Origin: Bdellovibrionales bacterium
Lineage (GTDB): Bacteria > Bdellovibrionota > Bdellovibrionia > Bdellovibrionales > UBA1609
Length of the DNA: 64,000 nt
Assembly: GCA_965205945.1 (NCBI GenBank)
Contig: CBDBIB010000001.1
Coordinates: 288,001-352,000 of the forward strand
Direction of reading: 5' to 3'
The notes beneath the pieces were generated by a model. That model was not told the DNA's origin, ran no database searches, and was given only the letters and a program-made list of their open reading frames with translations. The position numbers were made by a program, and so were the translations under genes. Numbering within the stretch: the first letter of the stretch is position 1; each line of letters opens with the position of its first letter. Below, one piece after another: positions 27,266-37,689 of this stretch.

Positions 27266-29920
27266 ATGAATAAGTTTGCAGGTGCTAAAAAAAGCATGAA
27301 AGTTAACGGTAAAACTTGGACGTATTTTGATCTTTTAGAAACGTCAAAATTTGGGGATATTTTAAAATTACCACGATCATTAAAAGTTTTATTAGAAATG
27401 CTATTAAGATATCAAAATCATTCTAGTGTTAGCGATGAGAATATAAAAGACCTAGCTTCGTGGGGACATACAAAGACTTCAACTAAAGAAATTCCATACT
27501 TTCCTGCACGTGTTCTTATGCAAGATTTTACAGGAGTTCCTGCTATTGTTGACCTTGCAGCAATGAGAGATGGTATTAAAAAGTTAGGAGCTCCAGCTTC
27601 AGTTATAAACCCACAAATCCCAGTAGATCTTGTTATAGATCACTCTGTGTCAGCAGATTTTTCCGGAAATGCAAGCTCATTAAATAAAAATGTTAGCCTA
27701 GAGTTTGAAAGAAACACTGAACGTTATGAATTTTTAAAGTGGGGACAAACAGCATTTTCTAATTTTAGGGTGGTTCCTCCAGGAATGGGCATTTGTCATC
27801 AAGTAAATATTGAGTTTTTAGCAGATGTAGTGACAGCACGTAAATTAAAAGAAGAAGACACACTTTTCCCTGACACTCTTGTTGGCACAGATTCACATAC
27901 AACAATGGTTAATGGTCTATCTGTTCTTGGTTGGGGTGTTGGTGGAATTGAGGCAGAGGCTGCAATGCTTGGACAGCCAATTGCTATTATGATTCCAGAA
28001 GTTATAGGTTTTAAACTTATAGGAGAATTACCAAAGGGTGCTACGGCAACAGATTTAGTATTAACAGTGACCCAAATGCTTAGAGCTTACGGTGTGGTTG
28101 GAAAATTTGTAGAGTTTTTTGGTAATGGCTTAGATAATTTAAGCCTTGCTAATAGAGCAACTCTATCTAATATGGCTCCAGAGTACGGTGCTACTTGTGG
28201 ATTTTTTCCAATAGATGATGAGACCTTAAACTATCTAAGATTAACTGCAAGAGATGAGGATTTAGTACAAAGAGTAGAAAAATACGCTAAAATTCAAGGT
28301 CTTTGGAGAGACGATACACAGCTTTCTTTTACTCATACATTAGAACTAAACATGGCAGACGTTGTTCCTTCTTTAGCAGGTCCAAAGCGACCACAAGATA
28401 GAGTTTTATTAAATAAAGCTAAATCATCTTTTAAACATGAACTTGCTACAACTTTTAAATCAGCAGAAAACTTATCAGTCCCAGTTTCTAACACAAACTA
28501 TTGTATTAATAACGGTGATGTTGTAATTGCAGCAATCACAAGCTGTACAAATACCTCAAACCCTTATGTAATGATTGGGGCAGGACTTCTTGCTCAAAAG
28601 GCGGTGGCAAAAGGTTTAACTGTAAAACCCTGGGTTAAAACATCTTTAGCACCAGGGTCACAGGTAGTATCAGAATACCTGCTTAAAGCAGGTATTCAAA
28701 AAGACTTAGATACCTTAGGTTTTAACGTTGTTGGCTATGGTTGTACAACATGTATTGGAAACTCAGGTCCTTTAGCCGATAATATACAAAAAGCCATTAA
28801 AGATAAAGACTTAGTAGTTACGTCTGTTCTTTCTGGAAATAGGAACTTTGAAGGGCGTATTAGCCCCCATGTAAAAGCAAACTATTTAGCTTCTCCTCCT
28901 TTAGTTGTAGTATATGCAATTGCTGGATCAATGCTTGTTGACGTGAATAAAGACTCCTTAGGTAAAGGTAAAGATGGCAATGATGTATACCTAGCTGATA
29001 TTTGGCCAGCAAATAAGGAGATTAACGACGTGATTTTAAAAGTTATCACTCCTGCAATATTTAAAGATAAATACTCTAAAGTTTTTAAAGGAAACTCTGC
29101 TTGGAAAAATATCCAAATATCTCAAGAAGAAACTTACAAATGGAAAAAATCTAGTACTTATATTGCCAACCCTCCATTTTTTAAAGATCTGACAATGGAG
29201 ATTCCAAAGGGTAAGGATATAAAAGAAGCTTCACTATTAGCTCTTTTAGGGGATTCAGTTACAACTGATCATATTTCTCCTGCTGGGGTGATTAAGGCTG
29301 ATAGCCCAGCTGGAGCACTGCTTACTAGCAAAGGTATTCAAAAAAAAGATTTTAATTCCTATGGTTCGCGTAGAGGCAATCACAATGTGATGATGAGAGG
29401 GACTTTTGCTAATATTAGAATTAAAAATGAAATGGTTCCAGATATTGAAGGTGGATTCACAAAATATATTCCCACTGGCGAATCTATGCCAATTTACAAT
29501 GCTGCAATGAAATACATAGAGGCAGGAAAAGACTTAATGATCATTGCAGGAAAAGAGTATGGAACAGGGTCTTCCCGTGATTGGGCTGCAAAGGGAACTG
29601 ACCTTTTAGGTGTAAAAGCTGTTATTGCAGAAAGCTTTGAAAGAATTCATAGATCAAATTTAGCTGGAATGGGTGTTTTACCGCTTCAGTTTAAAGGCAC
29701 TGATTCAAGGAAAAGCCTGGATCTTAAAGGAGATGAAAAAATTTCAATTCTAAACCTTGAATCATTAAAGCCACGACAAGATATTAAAGTAAAAATCACC
29801 TATTTAAATAACGATAGTAAAATCATCACTACTTCTAGCAGGTTGGACACGGCTGATGATGTTTCTAATTACCAAAACGGTGGAATTCTTCAGGCAACAT
29901 TAAGAAGGCTTGCAAGATAG
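27266..29920 (+). CDS. acnA: Aconitate hydratase A
   Basis: QDFTGVPA, DSHTTM, ITSCTNTSNP, GCTTCIGNSG, GSSRDWAAKG. Confidence 0.98.
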   Translation: MNKFAGAKKSMKVNGKTWTYFDLLETSKFGDILKLPRSLKVLLEMLLRYQNHSSVSDENIKDLASWGHTKTSTKEIPYFPARVLMQDFTGVPAIVDLAAMRDGIKKLGAPASVINPQIPVDLVIDHSVSADFSGNASSLNKNVSLEFERNTERYEFLKWGQTAFSNFRVVPPGMGICHQVNIEFLADVVTARKLKEEDTLFPDTLVGTDSHTTMVNGLSVLGWGVGGIEAEAAMLGQPIAIMIPEVIGFKLIGELPKGATATDLVLTVTQMLRAYGVVGKFVEFFGNGLDNLSLANRATLSNMAPEYGATCGFFPIDDETLNYLRLTARDEDLVQRVEKYAKIQGLWRDDTQLSFTHTLELNMADVVPSLAGPKRPQDRVLLNKAKSSFKHELATTFKSAENLSVPVSNTNYCINNGDVVIAAITSCTNTSNPYVMIGAGLLAQKAVAKGLTVKPWVKTSLAPGSQVVSEYLLKAGIQKDLDTLGFNVVGYGCTTCIGNSGPLADNIQKAIKDKDLVVTSVLSGNRNFEGRISPHVKANYLASPPLVVVYAIAGSMLVDVNKDSLGKGKDGNDVYLADIWPANKEINDVILKVITPAIFKDKYSKVFKGNSAWKNIQISQEETYKWKKSSTYIANPPFFKDLTMEIPKGKDIKEASLLALLGDSVTTDHISPAGVIKADSPAGALLTSKGIQKKDFNSYGSRRGNHNVMMRGTFANIRIKNEMVPDIEGGFTKYIPTGESMPIYNAAMKYIEAGKDLMIIAGKEYGTGSSRDWAAKGTDLLGVKAVIAESFERIHRSNLAGMGVLPLQFKGTDSRKSLDLKGDEKISILNLESLKPRQDIKVKITYLNNDSKIITTSSRLDTADDVSNYQNGGILQATLRRLAR

Positions 29921-29961
29921 TGTTAAGGTTATACGAAATTATTTAAATTAAACGTCTTTAT

Positions 29962-31344
29962 TTAAAAAACCTTTCCTGGATTTAAAATATTATTAGGATC
30001 AAAAACTTTCTTAATTTCTTTCATAAGGCGAATCTCTTCTAAAGATCTTGAGAATTTAAGATACGGTTTCTTTAAAAGCCCAACACCATGTTCAGCTGAG
30101 ATACTTCCTCCTATTTTTTGAATTTCACTGAAAAGGATTTTATCCACATTTTTACACTTTTTAATAAACTCATTCATAGGCATATCTTCTGATTTTAATG
30201 CGTTAATATGAAGATTACCATCTCCAATATGTCCAAAAATAACAACTTCAATATCAGTATGTTGTTTCATAACGGTGTCATAAATTACTGTAATAAAATT
30301 TGGTATTTTTGATATTTTAACAGATATATCATTTTTATATGGAGTAAATGGCGCTAAAGATTCAGAAATAAGTTCCCGGTACTTCCAAAGGTTTTTATAT
30401 TGAGTTGAATTAGAACTGAGTGTTCCATCCACAGCCCACTCTTGTTCAAAATAATGTTCTAAGGCCTGAGTAAGTTTATCTTCATTAAAGCTTTTGCTTA
30501 GCTCTACCTCTATTAGTACGTAGTAAGGGCAATCAGTTTGTAATGGTTTGAGCAGCTTGTGAGCTTTTAAAACTTTTTTTAAAGCAAGGCTTGTAAACAT
30601 TTCAAAAGCCCTTAGAGGTAATTTCTTTTTTGAATAAAAAAAGCAATCTAGAATTTTATTTAACGACTCAACCCCTAATAAGATAACTTGTTTTTCAAAG
30701 GGTTTTAAAGAAAGTCGAACTTCAACTTCAGTGATCACTCCTAAAGTTCCCTCAGAACCTATGAAAAGATGTCGAAAATCATAACCTGCATTATTCTTTA
30801 AAAGCCCTTGATTAAGTTTTAAAATTTCACCTGTACCCGTAACAATAGTAAGACCTGTGATCCATTCACGAATATTTCCATATTTAAGAACATGAACCCC
30901 TCCAGCATTAGTAGCAACATTACCACCAAGCTGGCTTGATCCTGTTGAGGCAAATTCTACTGGAAAGTATAAATTATTTTTTAAAGCCTCCTCTTGGAGA
31001 GTTTTTGTAACCACTCCAGCTTCTACTATAATTGAAGAATCAATAGGAGAGATTTCAATAATTTTGTCCATTTTCTCTAAAGATAAAATCCATTCACCTT
31101 GTGAGGCCACAGCTCCACCACTTAAGCCTGTTCTTCCTCCGCTAGGAACAAGTTTAAGATTGTTTTGATTACAGGCTTTAATAATTAAACTAACCTCCTT
31201 TGTAGTTTTTGGGAAAAGAACGCCGGAAGTGTTTATAAGAAATTGTTTACTCCAATCTCTTGCATAGTGTTCAATAGCAAAGAGATCTTTAGTTATAACT
31301 TGCTCTTTAAATAGGAAATTAAAAGGATGCAACATACATAGCAT
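29962..31344 (-). CDS. FAD-binding oxidoreductase (D-2-hydroxyacid dehydrogenase/GlcD-like); likely start 31335
   Basis: PSGGRTGLSGGA, GSEGTLG, GHIGDGNLH, SAEHGVG, NPGK. Confidence 0.9.
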   Translation of the reverse strand: MLCMLHPFNFLFKEQVITKDLFAIEHYARDWSKQFLINTSGVLFPKTTKEVSLIIKACNQNNLKLVPSGGRTGLSGGAVASQGEWILSLEKMDKIIEISPIDSSIIVEAGVVTKTLQEEALKNNLYFPVEFASTGSSQLGGNVATNAGGVHVLKYGNIREWITGLTIVTGTGEILKLNQGLLKNNAGYDFRHLFIGSEGTLGVITEVEVRLSLKPFEKQVILLGVESLNKILDCFFYSKKKLPLRAFEMFTSLALKKVLKAHKLLKPLQTDCPYYVLIEVELSKSFNEDKLTQALEHYFEQEWAVDGTLSSNSTQYKNLWKYRELISESLAPFTPYKNDISVKISKIPNFITVIYDTVMKQHTDIEVVIFGHIGDGNLHINALKSEDMPMNEFIKKCKNVDKILFSEIQKIGGSISAEHGVGLLKKPYLKFSRSLEEIRLMKEIKKVFDPNNILNPGKVF

Positions 31345-31717
31345 TCTACCATCTACTTTTTAAAGTGAGCAAGGGGATGACCTAAATGTGACTATATAAT
31401 ATCTATGAAAAACCTTAAACAATACGTTATTTTTTAAAAATCTTTAGATTTTAAAAAATATTAAAAAACTGTTTAAAACAATCTAATATAAGTTAATTTA
31501 ATAAAACAAAATTTCAAGGAAGAAATAAAACTGTCCAAAAAAGTTGCAAAAAAAAGTCTGCTAGATTCTAAATAAAAATAATTAAAAAAATATTTTCCAA
31601 AAGCTAAGTGCTAAAGGTTAATTTAAGAAAAATAATAAACACCATCTTCTACATTAATAAAACAAAAGTTGTCCATAGTACTGGCTCTTAAATCACTACA
31701 ATTTTTATCCAGCAAGT

Positions 31718-32521
31718 CTAACTCGCTAAAAGCTCCTCATTCTCATAAATTTGTGACAATTTAGCCTTAAGCTTCATAACTGCTTGAGCATGCAACTGTG
31801 AAACACGACTCTCTGTAACTTTTAAAACTCTACCAATTCCTTTTAAATTTAAATCTTCATAATAATAAAGTGAGAGTACTAACCGTTGTCTTTCTGGAAG
31901 CTCTTCAATACACTTAGCAATCATTTTTTTTATTTTTTTAGAGCTTATTTGAAAATACGGATTTTGCTCCTTAAAACTATCCACAATACTAAGTAATGAT
32001 TTTTTATCTACTGCAGAAAAGCTTGCTTGTTCATCAATAGATAAGATACTTGCTGGCTTTGCCTGATTCACAAGGCTGTGATATTCCTCTATGGTAATCT
32101 TCATATAATCAGCAACTTCATAATCCTCAGGACTTCTGCCTAACTGAGACTCTAGTTTATAAGCGGCTCTATCTAAAGCTTTCGCCTTATCTCTTATTGA
32201 CCTAGGAACCCAATCTTGTGCCCTAAGCTCATCAAGAATTGAACCTCTAATTCTAAACTCTGCATAAGTTTTAAATTTATTATCTCTAGTTTGATCATAT
32301 TTATCTATTGCATCCATTAGACCAATTACACCACTAGAAATTAAATCATCTAATTCAATATTTGCAGGAAGTCTCATTGAAATCTTTTGAGCTATAAACT
32401 TAATAAGCGGTGCATACTCGGCTATAATTATATTTTTTTGTGCTAATGTTAAAGTTCCACCATTCTTTATTTTTAATCTCTTTATTAAAGACATTTCTGA
32501 CATATATTTTCCCCACTTCAT
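31718..32521 (-). CDS. fliA: RNA polymerase sigma28 factor (FliA/WhiG)
   Basis: DDLISSGVIGLMDA, RIRGSILDELRAQDWVPRS, LYYYEDLNLK..TESRVSQLH. Confidence 0.95.
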   Translation of the reverse strand: MKWGKYMSEMSLIKRLKIKNGGTLTLAQKNIIIAEYAPLIKFIAQKISMRLPANIELDDLISSGVIGLMDAIDKYDQTRDNKFKTYAEFRIRGSILDELRAQDWVPRSIRDKAKALDRAAYKLESQLGRSPEDYEVADYMKITIEEYHSLVNQAKPASILSIDEQASFSAVDKKSLLSIVDSFKEQNPYFQISSKKIKKMIAKCIEELPERQRLVLSLYYYEDLNLKGIGRVLKVTESRVSQLHAQAVMKLKAKLSQIYENEELLAS

Positions 32522-32673
32522 ATTAATAATATCAAACTAAATTAATTTTAAAAAAAATATGCACTTCTTTTTATAATAAAAAAATACGCTCACCTCATAA
32601 ACCCCTTTAAAATCTAGATTTTCCTTTAAAACTCTAAATCGTCTAAAAGTTAATCAACTGTTGCAAATCTGTT

Positions 32674-32982
32674 TTAAGATATTTTTTTCTCGTTCTCTGG
32701 CATAAACAACCTGTCCTTATCTTCTTTTCTTTCTTTTGATAAAATCATCATCTTATAATCATCCACATCATCAAGGCCAAGAGATTGAATAAATTTTACA
32801 TCCTTTTTATCTTTAAGAAACAAGAATTCATCTGATTCAATTCTAAGAGCAAAAAATTCTTTATCCTCTGCCTGCTCACGAGAAACAACATTTATTTTAA
32901 TTTCTTTTTGTTTAAAAAAAGCTAAAAATAAACCTAAAAATAACACAATAGATGTACCTAAAACTGCATACATAAAAAACAT
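32674..32982 (-). CDS. Hypothetical membrane-anchored protein between fliL and fliA
   Basis: N-terminal TM helix; starts 1 nt after the fliL stop. Confidence 0.6.
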   Translation of the reverse strand: MFFMYAVLGTSIVLFLGLFLAFFKQKEIKINVVSREQAEDKEFFALRIESDEFLFLKDKKDVKFIQSLGLDDVDDYKMMILSKERKEDKDRLFMPENEKKIS

Positions 32983-32983
32983 A

Positions 32984-33388
32984 TTAAATCTCCTCTATCT
33001 TTAAAAGGTTAACTTTAATAAACTTATTTTCAGCAATAAACTCATTTAAAGACGTTAAAATATTTTTTTGAAATCTCCTCTTACCTTTTTCTGTATTAAG
33101 CTGTTTAAGATCATAGTCAGATAAAACAGATATTACTAGATTTTGAACAGCCTCTTTCTGTCCTGCCAAACTTTTCTTTAAACCATTTGCTCCTGAGTAC
33201 TTTAAACTTAACGACATTATTTTAGAACTCTCTTTATCTTGAATTTTAACTATAAAGGGTTCGGGTTTAATAACTTCAACTGGTAAAATTTCATGAGTGA
33301 AAGAAATTTTTTGTCCTTCTTTTTTTTGATTACATGAAACTCCTATGATTAAAAAAAATATAAAAATAAAATTTTTTAACATATTCAT
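32984..33388 (-). CDS. fliL: Divergent FliL-like protein
   Basis: PEPFIVKI, VQNLVISVLSD..LNTEKGK..LNE pattern of FliL, and position upstream of fliA. Confidence 0.65.
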   Translation of the reverse strand: MNMLKNFIFIFFLIIGVSCNQKKEGQKISFTHEILPVEVIKPEPFIVKIQDKESSKIMSLSLKYSGANGLKKSLAGQKEAVQNLVISVLSDYDLKQLNTEKGKRRFQKNILTSLNEFIAENKFIKVNLLKIEEI

Positions 33389-33397
33389 GCACTTTAT

Positions 33398-33415
33398 AAA
33401 GCAAGCTTAATGCCA
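33398..33415 (-). promoter_or_regulatory. Sigma54 (-24/-12) promoter of the fliL operon
   Basis: TGGCATTAAGCTTGCTTT, identical to 4898-4915. Confidence 0.8.
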
Positions 33416-34234
33416 ATAAATTATTTAAGTTTTCACAGGCCTTTTATCCTTTAAATAACTATTTCTTATATAAAAACGTGACTTTTTTACTGTCAGTTTT
33501 TCTTCTTTAAGCTCCACACTTTGTTTTTCTTTTTGACAGGACTCTACTTTAATACGACCATAGACTAATTTATCTTAAACCCTTTAAAAATAGACTCTTA
33601 AAGAATTTTAAGCTTTTACTTTAAAAAATAAATTCATTCAATGCACCTCTAAATCCAAACAAAATAAACGTAACATTTCATAAAGGAGCTCTAAACAAGA
33701 GAACTCCTAAACATGATGAATAATATATGCTTAAATCTATTCTTTATTTTAATGATTTCTTAATTAAACCCTTACTCACTAAATGACCAGCAGCTAAGTC
33801 AAAGGCCATACTTGATTTTTCACGATTTAACAAATGATCTTAAAATCACAATAAAAAAGAATGCTAAAAGCCCTCATAGTCTAAAAAAACTCCAAACCCA
33901 ATAGGATCTTTTAATCAAGGTGGTAACGAATATTAAAACCTGCCTCTCTATCTGTTAAAAGATTCAAGATATTAAAATAAGGTTACAAAAAAAGAACTCA
34001 GACGGCATATCCAAGGACGATCGCCAGACTTATACATGCCCACAAAATCCTTAAAATTCAATAGAGTGAGCAATCTTCTTAAGAGTCTTCGAACTCAAAT
34101 CTTTGTCTTAAAAAAAAATCTGCTATTAATATGTTAGCTTCAAATAGTAATATTTGTCTTAAGTAACCTAAAGTCATTTCTAAACCTTAACAGTAAAATT
34201 ATGAACTCTGCAGTCAAAACTTTTTCAGCAAAAT

Positions 34235-34445
34235 CTAATTAGGGTTACAATTTGTAAAATTAGGTTTTTTCAGCAAAAGTCTAAGAGGCTAAAGTTCTAC
34301 TTGAAAAACTATAGCAAGAGGTAACATCAAAAACATCCCATAAACCGATGTCTTGATCAAAAGAAACTGCACCATAAAACATAAAGCTCATATCAATAAC
34401 GTTAGAGGTGTTCTAGTCAGAAGTGTCAGAGTTAAGCGATTTTTA
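34235..34445 (-). pseudogene. BspA/DUF285 leucine-rich-repeat surface protein remnant (C-terminus)
   Basis: [42 protein letters not shown]...S*T, frameshift, LKKPNFTNCNPN*. TAG stops fall at expected Trp positions. Confidence 0.8.
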
Positions 34446-34573
34446 CTAAAGCCTACAACTTAAGACTTAAAATGCCCGCTTTAAAAATATAAAACTGCCA
34501 AAGACTCAGTCAGTTATAAATTTTCTTAGAGTAATCAGTAGCTATCTTTTAAAAATTTTGTTAATAGGTTAGA

Positions 34574-36820
34574 ATGACTTTAGATGATCTTACTAAGGGA
34601 TTAAATCCCTCTCAAAAAAAAGCCGTCCTCTCTACAAAGCCTGCACTCATTGTGCTTGCTGGTGCAGGATCTGGAAAAACTCGTGTATTAACCAGAAGAA
34701 TCACACACCTTCTTGCTAAAGGTTTTATTTCCCCAATAGAGTTTTTAGCTGTGACCTTTACAAACAAAGCTTCTCATGAAATGAAAGACCGCATCATCAA
34801 ACTTCTTTTTAACCTAGGTTTCCCCCCTCCTCCTAAAATGTGGATCTCTACATTTCATTCAATGGGTGCAAAAATTTTGCGTGAACATATACATCTACTT
34901 AATTATCCTACCTCCTTTACAATCTATGATGGCGACGATCAGATTAAAACTATTAAAAATATTTTAAAAGAGCTTAATATTAATGATCAATCTATAAATC
35001 CTAAAACAATTCGAGAAGCTATATCAAACGCGAAAGGACAATGTATTTATTGTCATGAAACCAAAAAACTAGAAACTTTTTGGATTATAAAATTTCAAGA
35101 AATCTACGCTTTATATGAGAAAAAACTTTTTGAATCAAAGGCTCTAGATTTTTCAGACCTTCTTTTTAAAACTTATGACCTTTTGCTTTCTTATCCGGAT
35201 GTTTTAAAACCTTATCAAGACCAGTTTAAACATATTCTAGTAGATGAGTATCAAGACACAAATGCTCTTCAATATAAATTGATCAGACTTCTTGCTGGAG
35301 ATAAAAATAATATTTTTGCCGTTGGTGATGAGGATCAGTCTATTTACTCATGGCGAGGAGCAGATATTAACAATATTCAACTCATGGAAAAAGACTTTAC
35401 CGCTCATAAGATAAAACTAGAAACAAATTATCGCTCAACGAAAAATATTGTTGATGCTTCTAATGCTGTTATCCAAAATAACACCCTTAGAAATAAAAAA
35501 ATTCTTACAACTAAAAATCCCCATGGTAGTAAAATTCAAATAAATCAAGCTTTAAATGATTACGATGAAGCTAAAATTGTTGCAAAAAAAATTGAAAAAT
35601 TAATCTTTGAAGGGACAAACCCTAGTGATATTGCAATATTTTATAGACTTAACTCTCAATCAAGAGTTTTAGAGGAACAACTTCGTATGCTTTTAATTTC
35701 TTATAAAATTCTTGGAGGTCTACGCTTTTATGAAAGAAAAGAAATTAAGGATATGCTTGCTTTTATGAAGCTTGCTATAAATCCAAATGATGAAATTTCG
35801 TTGCTTAGAATTATAAATATTCCGGCCAGAGGTATTGGCAAAAAAACAATTCAAACTCTTATTGAATATGCAAAGCAAAACAATATAAATCTCTTTTCTA
35901 CCTTACAGGCTTTAAAAACAACACCTTTACTAAAACCCGGTCCAAAGAAAAAAGTTTTAAATTTTTTAAAAATATTAGAAACTTTGATTGAAATAAAAGA
36001 TAAAACAGCCACCCATGTTTATAGAGAAATTTTATATTTAACTAAATATGTTTTAAATTTAAAAGCTGAAAATAACTCTGAAGCTGATGCAAGAATTGAT
36101 AACCTTGAAGAGTTAGATAATGCTCTTTCACATTTTGAAAAAGAACGAGGAGATGAGGCTACTCTTCTTCAATTTTTAGAAGAAACTGCTCTTATATCCG
36201 ATCTAGATGGTGCTGATTTTAATGTTCCTCAAGTAACATTAATGACCCTGCATGTTTCAAAAGGCTTAGAGTTTGAAAATGTATTTATTGTTGGCCTTGA
36301 AGAGGGTCTACTCCCTTGCGTTCACGGTGACGAAATAAATCAAGACCTTATGGCTGTTGAAGAAGAGCGACGCTTAATGTATGTTGGGATGACACGAACA
36401 AAAAAAAAGCTTCACCTCTCATTTGCTAAATCCAGAAAAGTTTGGGGTCAAGAACAGTTCTATCAACAAAGCCGATTTATCAATGAAATTCCTGATGATT
36501 ATGTAGATAAAAAACTACTCTTCTTACCAAATACTTTTAGCAATAAGTCACAGTCTTTAAAATATAATAACTTTTATGACCTTAAACAAACTGTTAGTAA
36601 CGACCCTTTACCTGACCATGACAGCAATTTTGATAATGAGTTCTTTGATGAGAACGACACTGGCCTTAAAAAAGGAAATAAAGTACGACACCCTATTTTT
36701 GGTACAGGGTCAGTTTTAGAAATCGAAGGCTTTGGAGAACTTATGAAGGTTAAAATTGTATTTTCTGACCGTTCAGTTAAAAAATTTGTAGCTAAATATG
36801 CACGCTTAAAAAGAATCTAA
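34574..36820 (+). CDS. pcrA: ATP-dependent DNA helicase PcrA/UvrD
   Basis: AGAGSGKT, DEYQDTN, GDEDQSIYSWRGA, SKGLEF, C-terminal Tudor-like VRHPIFG. Confidence 0.95.
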   Translation: MTLDDLTKGLNPSQKKAVLSTKPALIVLAGAGSGKTRVLTRRITHLLAKGFISPIEFLAVTFTNKASHEMKDRIIKLLFNLGFPPPPKMWISTFHSMGAKILREHIHLLNYPTSFTIYDGDDQIKTIKNILKELNINDQSINPKTIREAISNAKGQCIYCHETKKLETFWIIKFQEIYALYEKKLFESKALDFSDLLFKTYDLLLSYPDVLKPYQDQFKHILVDEYQDTNALQYKLIRLLAGDKNNIFAVGDEDQSIYSWRGADINNIQLMEKDFTAHKIKLETNYRSTKNIVDASNAVIQNNTLRNKKILTTKNPHGSKIQINQALNDYDEAKIVAKKIEKLIFEGTNPSDIAIFYRLNSQSRVLEEQLRMLLISYKILGGLRFYERKEIKDMLAFMKLAINPNDEISLLRIINIPARGIGKKTIQTLIEYAKQNNINLFSTLQALKTTPLLKPGPKKKVLNFLKILETLIEIKDKTATHVYREILYLTKYVLNLKAENNSEADARIDNLEELDNALSHFEKERGDEATLLQFLEETALISDLDGADFNVPQVTLMTLHVSKGLEFENVFIVGLEEGLLPCVHGDEINQDLMAVEEERRLMYVGMTRTKKKLHLSFAKSRKVWGQEQFYQQSRFINEIPDDYVDKKLLFLPNTFSNKSQSLKYNNFYDLKQTVSNDPLPDHDSNFDNEFFDENDTGLKKGNKVRHPIFGTGSVLEIEGFGELMKVKIVFSDRSVKKFVAKYARLKRI

Positions 36821-36850
36821 TTAATTTAAGCTATAAGATGAGTCTAGTGC

Positions 36851-36994
36851 CTATTCAGGATTACTATTTAAAGCAGGTGTTTTTAAAGCTTCTTCTGCAA
36901 AAACAGGCTTTTGAACAAGATCACAATAAGATTTTTTCTTTGATGTGCAGGTCGCAAATATAAGGGTAAAGGATAAAATAATTATTAATCTCAT
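36851..36994 (-). CDS. Putative 47-aa small lipoprotein
   Basis: MRLIIILSFTLIFATCTSKKKSYC... with a lipobox-like FATC; below the ORF track cutoff. Confidence 0.4.
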   Translation of the reverse strand: MRLIIILSFTLIFATCTSKKKSYCDLVQKPVFAEEALKTPALNSNPE

Positions 36995-37103
36995 AACTTA
37001 TTTTTAAATATTTTTTAAGTAACTACAAGCCTTAATTTTTAAAAAATAAATATAAACAATTTCTTATAGTGACAGATCTTTAAAATATGGTAGACCCATA
37101 ACC

Positions 37104-37478
37104 ATGTTAGAAAAATTATACGGTGAAGTTGCCATAGAAAACAACAAATTAGAAGCTTTTGATAATCGTAATTCTCATAGAGATTATGAAATTGAATTCA
37201 CATGCCCTGAATTTACATGCATTTGCCCTAGATCAGGGTTTCCTGATTTTGCAACAATTCATATTTTATACATTCCAAAAAAAAAGTGTGTAGAACTTAA
37301 ATCTTTAAAACTTTATATTAATCAATTTCGTGATAAAAAGATTTTTCATGAAGACGTAACAAACTTAATTTTAGAGGATTTAATAAAACTTTTAGATCCT
37401 AAATTTATAGAAGTTGTTGCAGATTTCACAATACGAGGTAACATTCATACATTAGTTACAGCTCGCCATAAAGGCTAA
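37104..37478 (+). CDS. queF: preQ1 synthase (7-cyano-7-deazaguanine reductase, type I)
   Basis: [26 protein letters not shown]. Confidence 0.95.
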   Translation: MLEKLYGEVAIENNKLEAFDNRNSHRDYEIEFTCPEFTCICPRSGFPDFATIHILYIPKKKCVELKSLKLYINQFRDKKIFHEDVTNLILEDLIKLLDPKFIEVVADFTIRGNIHTLVTARHKG

Positions 37479-37486
37479 GCTAATTA

Positions 37487-37563
37487 CCGCTGTTAGCTCA
37501 ACTGGATAGAGTACTGGTCTTCGAAACCAGGGGTTGCAGGTTCGATTCCTGCACAGCGGGCCA
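37487..37563 (+). tRNA. tRNA-Arg(UCG)
   Basis: Cloverleaf: CCGCTGT/ACAGCGG acceptor stem, CTGGT-CT TCG AA-ACCAG anticodon arm, GGTTCGATTCC T-arm, encoded CCA. Confidence 0.96.
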
Positions 37564-37689
37564 TTTGTTACGCTATAGAAGCTTAGCATTTAACTCTATT
37601 AAAAAAGTTTGATCTGTCTTTGATAAAAACTTACCCTAAGAAAATAAACGAAATACCTTGTCTAACCCTACTTACTTTTAAAAAACCAT

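Noticed and set aside
34235..34445. TAG recoding (alternative genetic code) suggested by TAG at Trp positions
   Set aside because: Intact genes use TGG for Trp and TAG as stop, and the remnant also has a frameshift.
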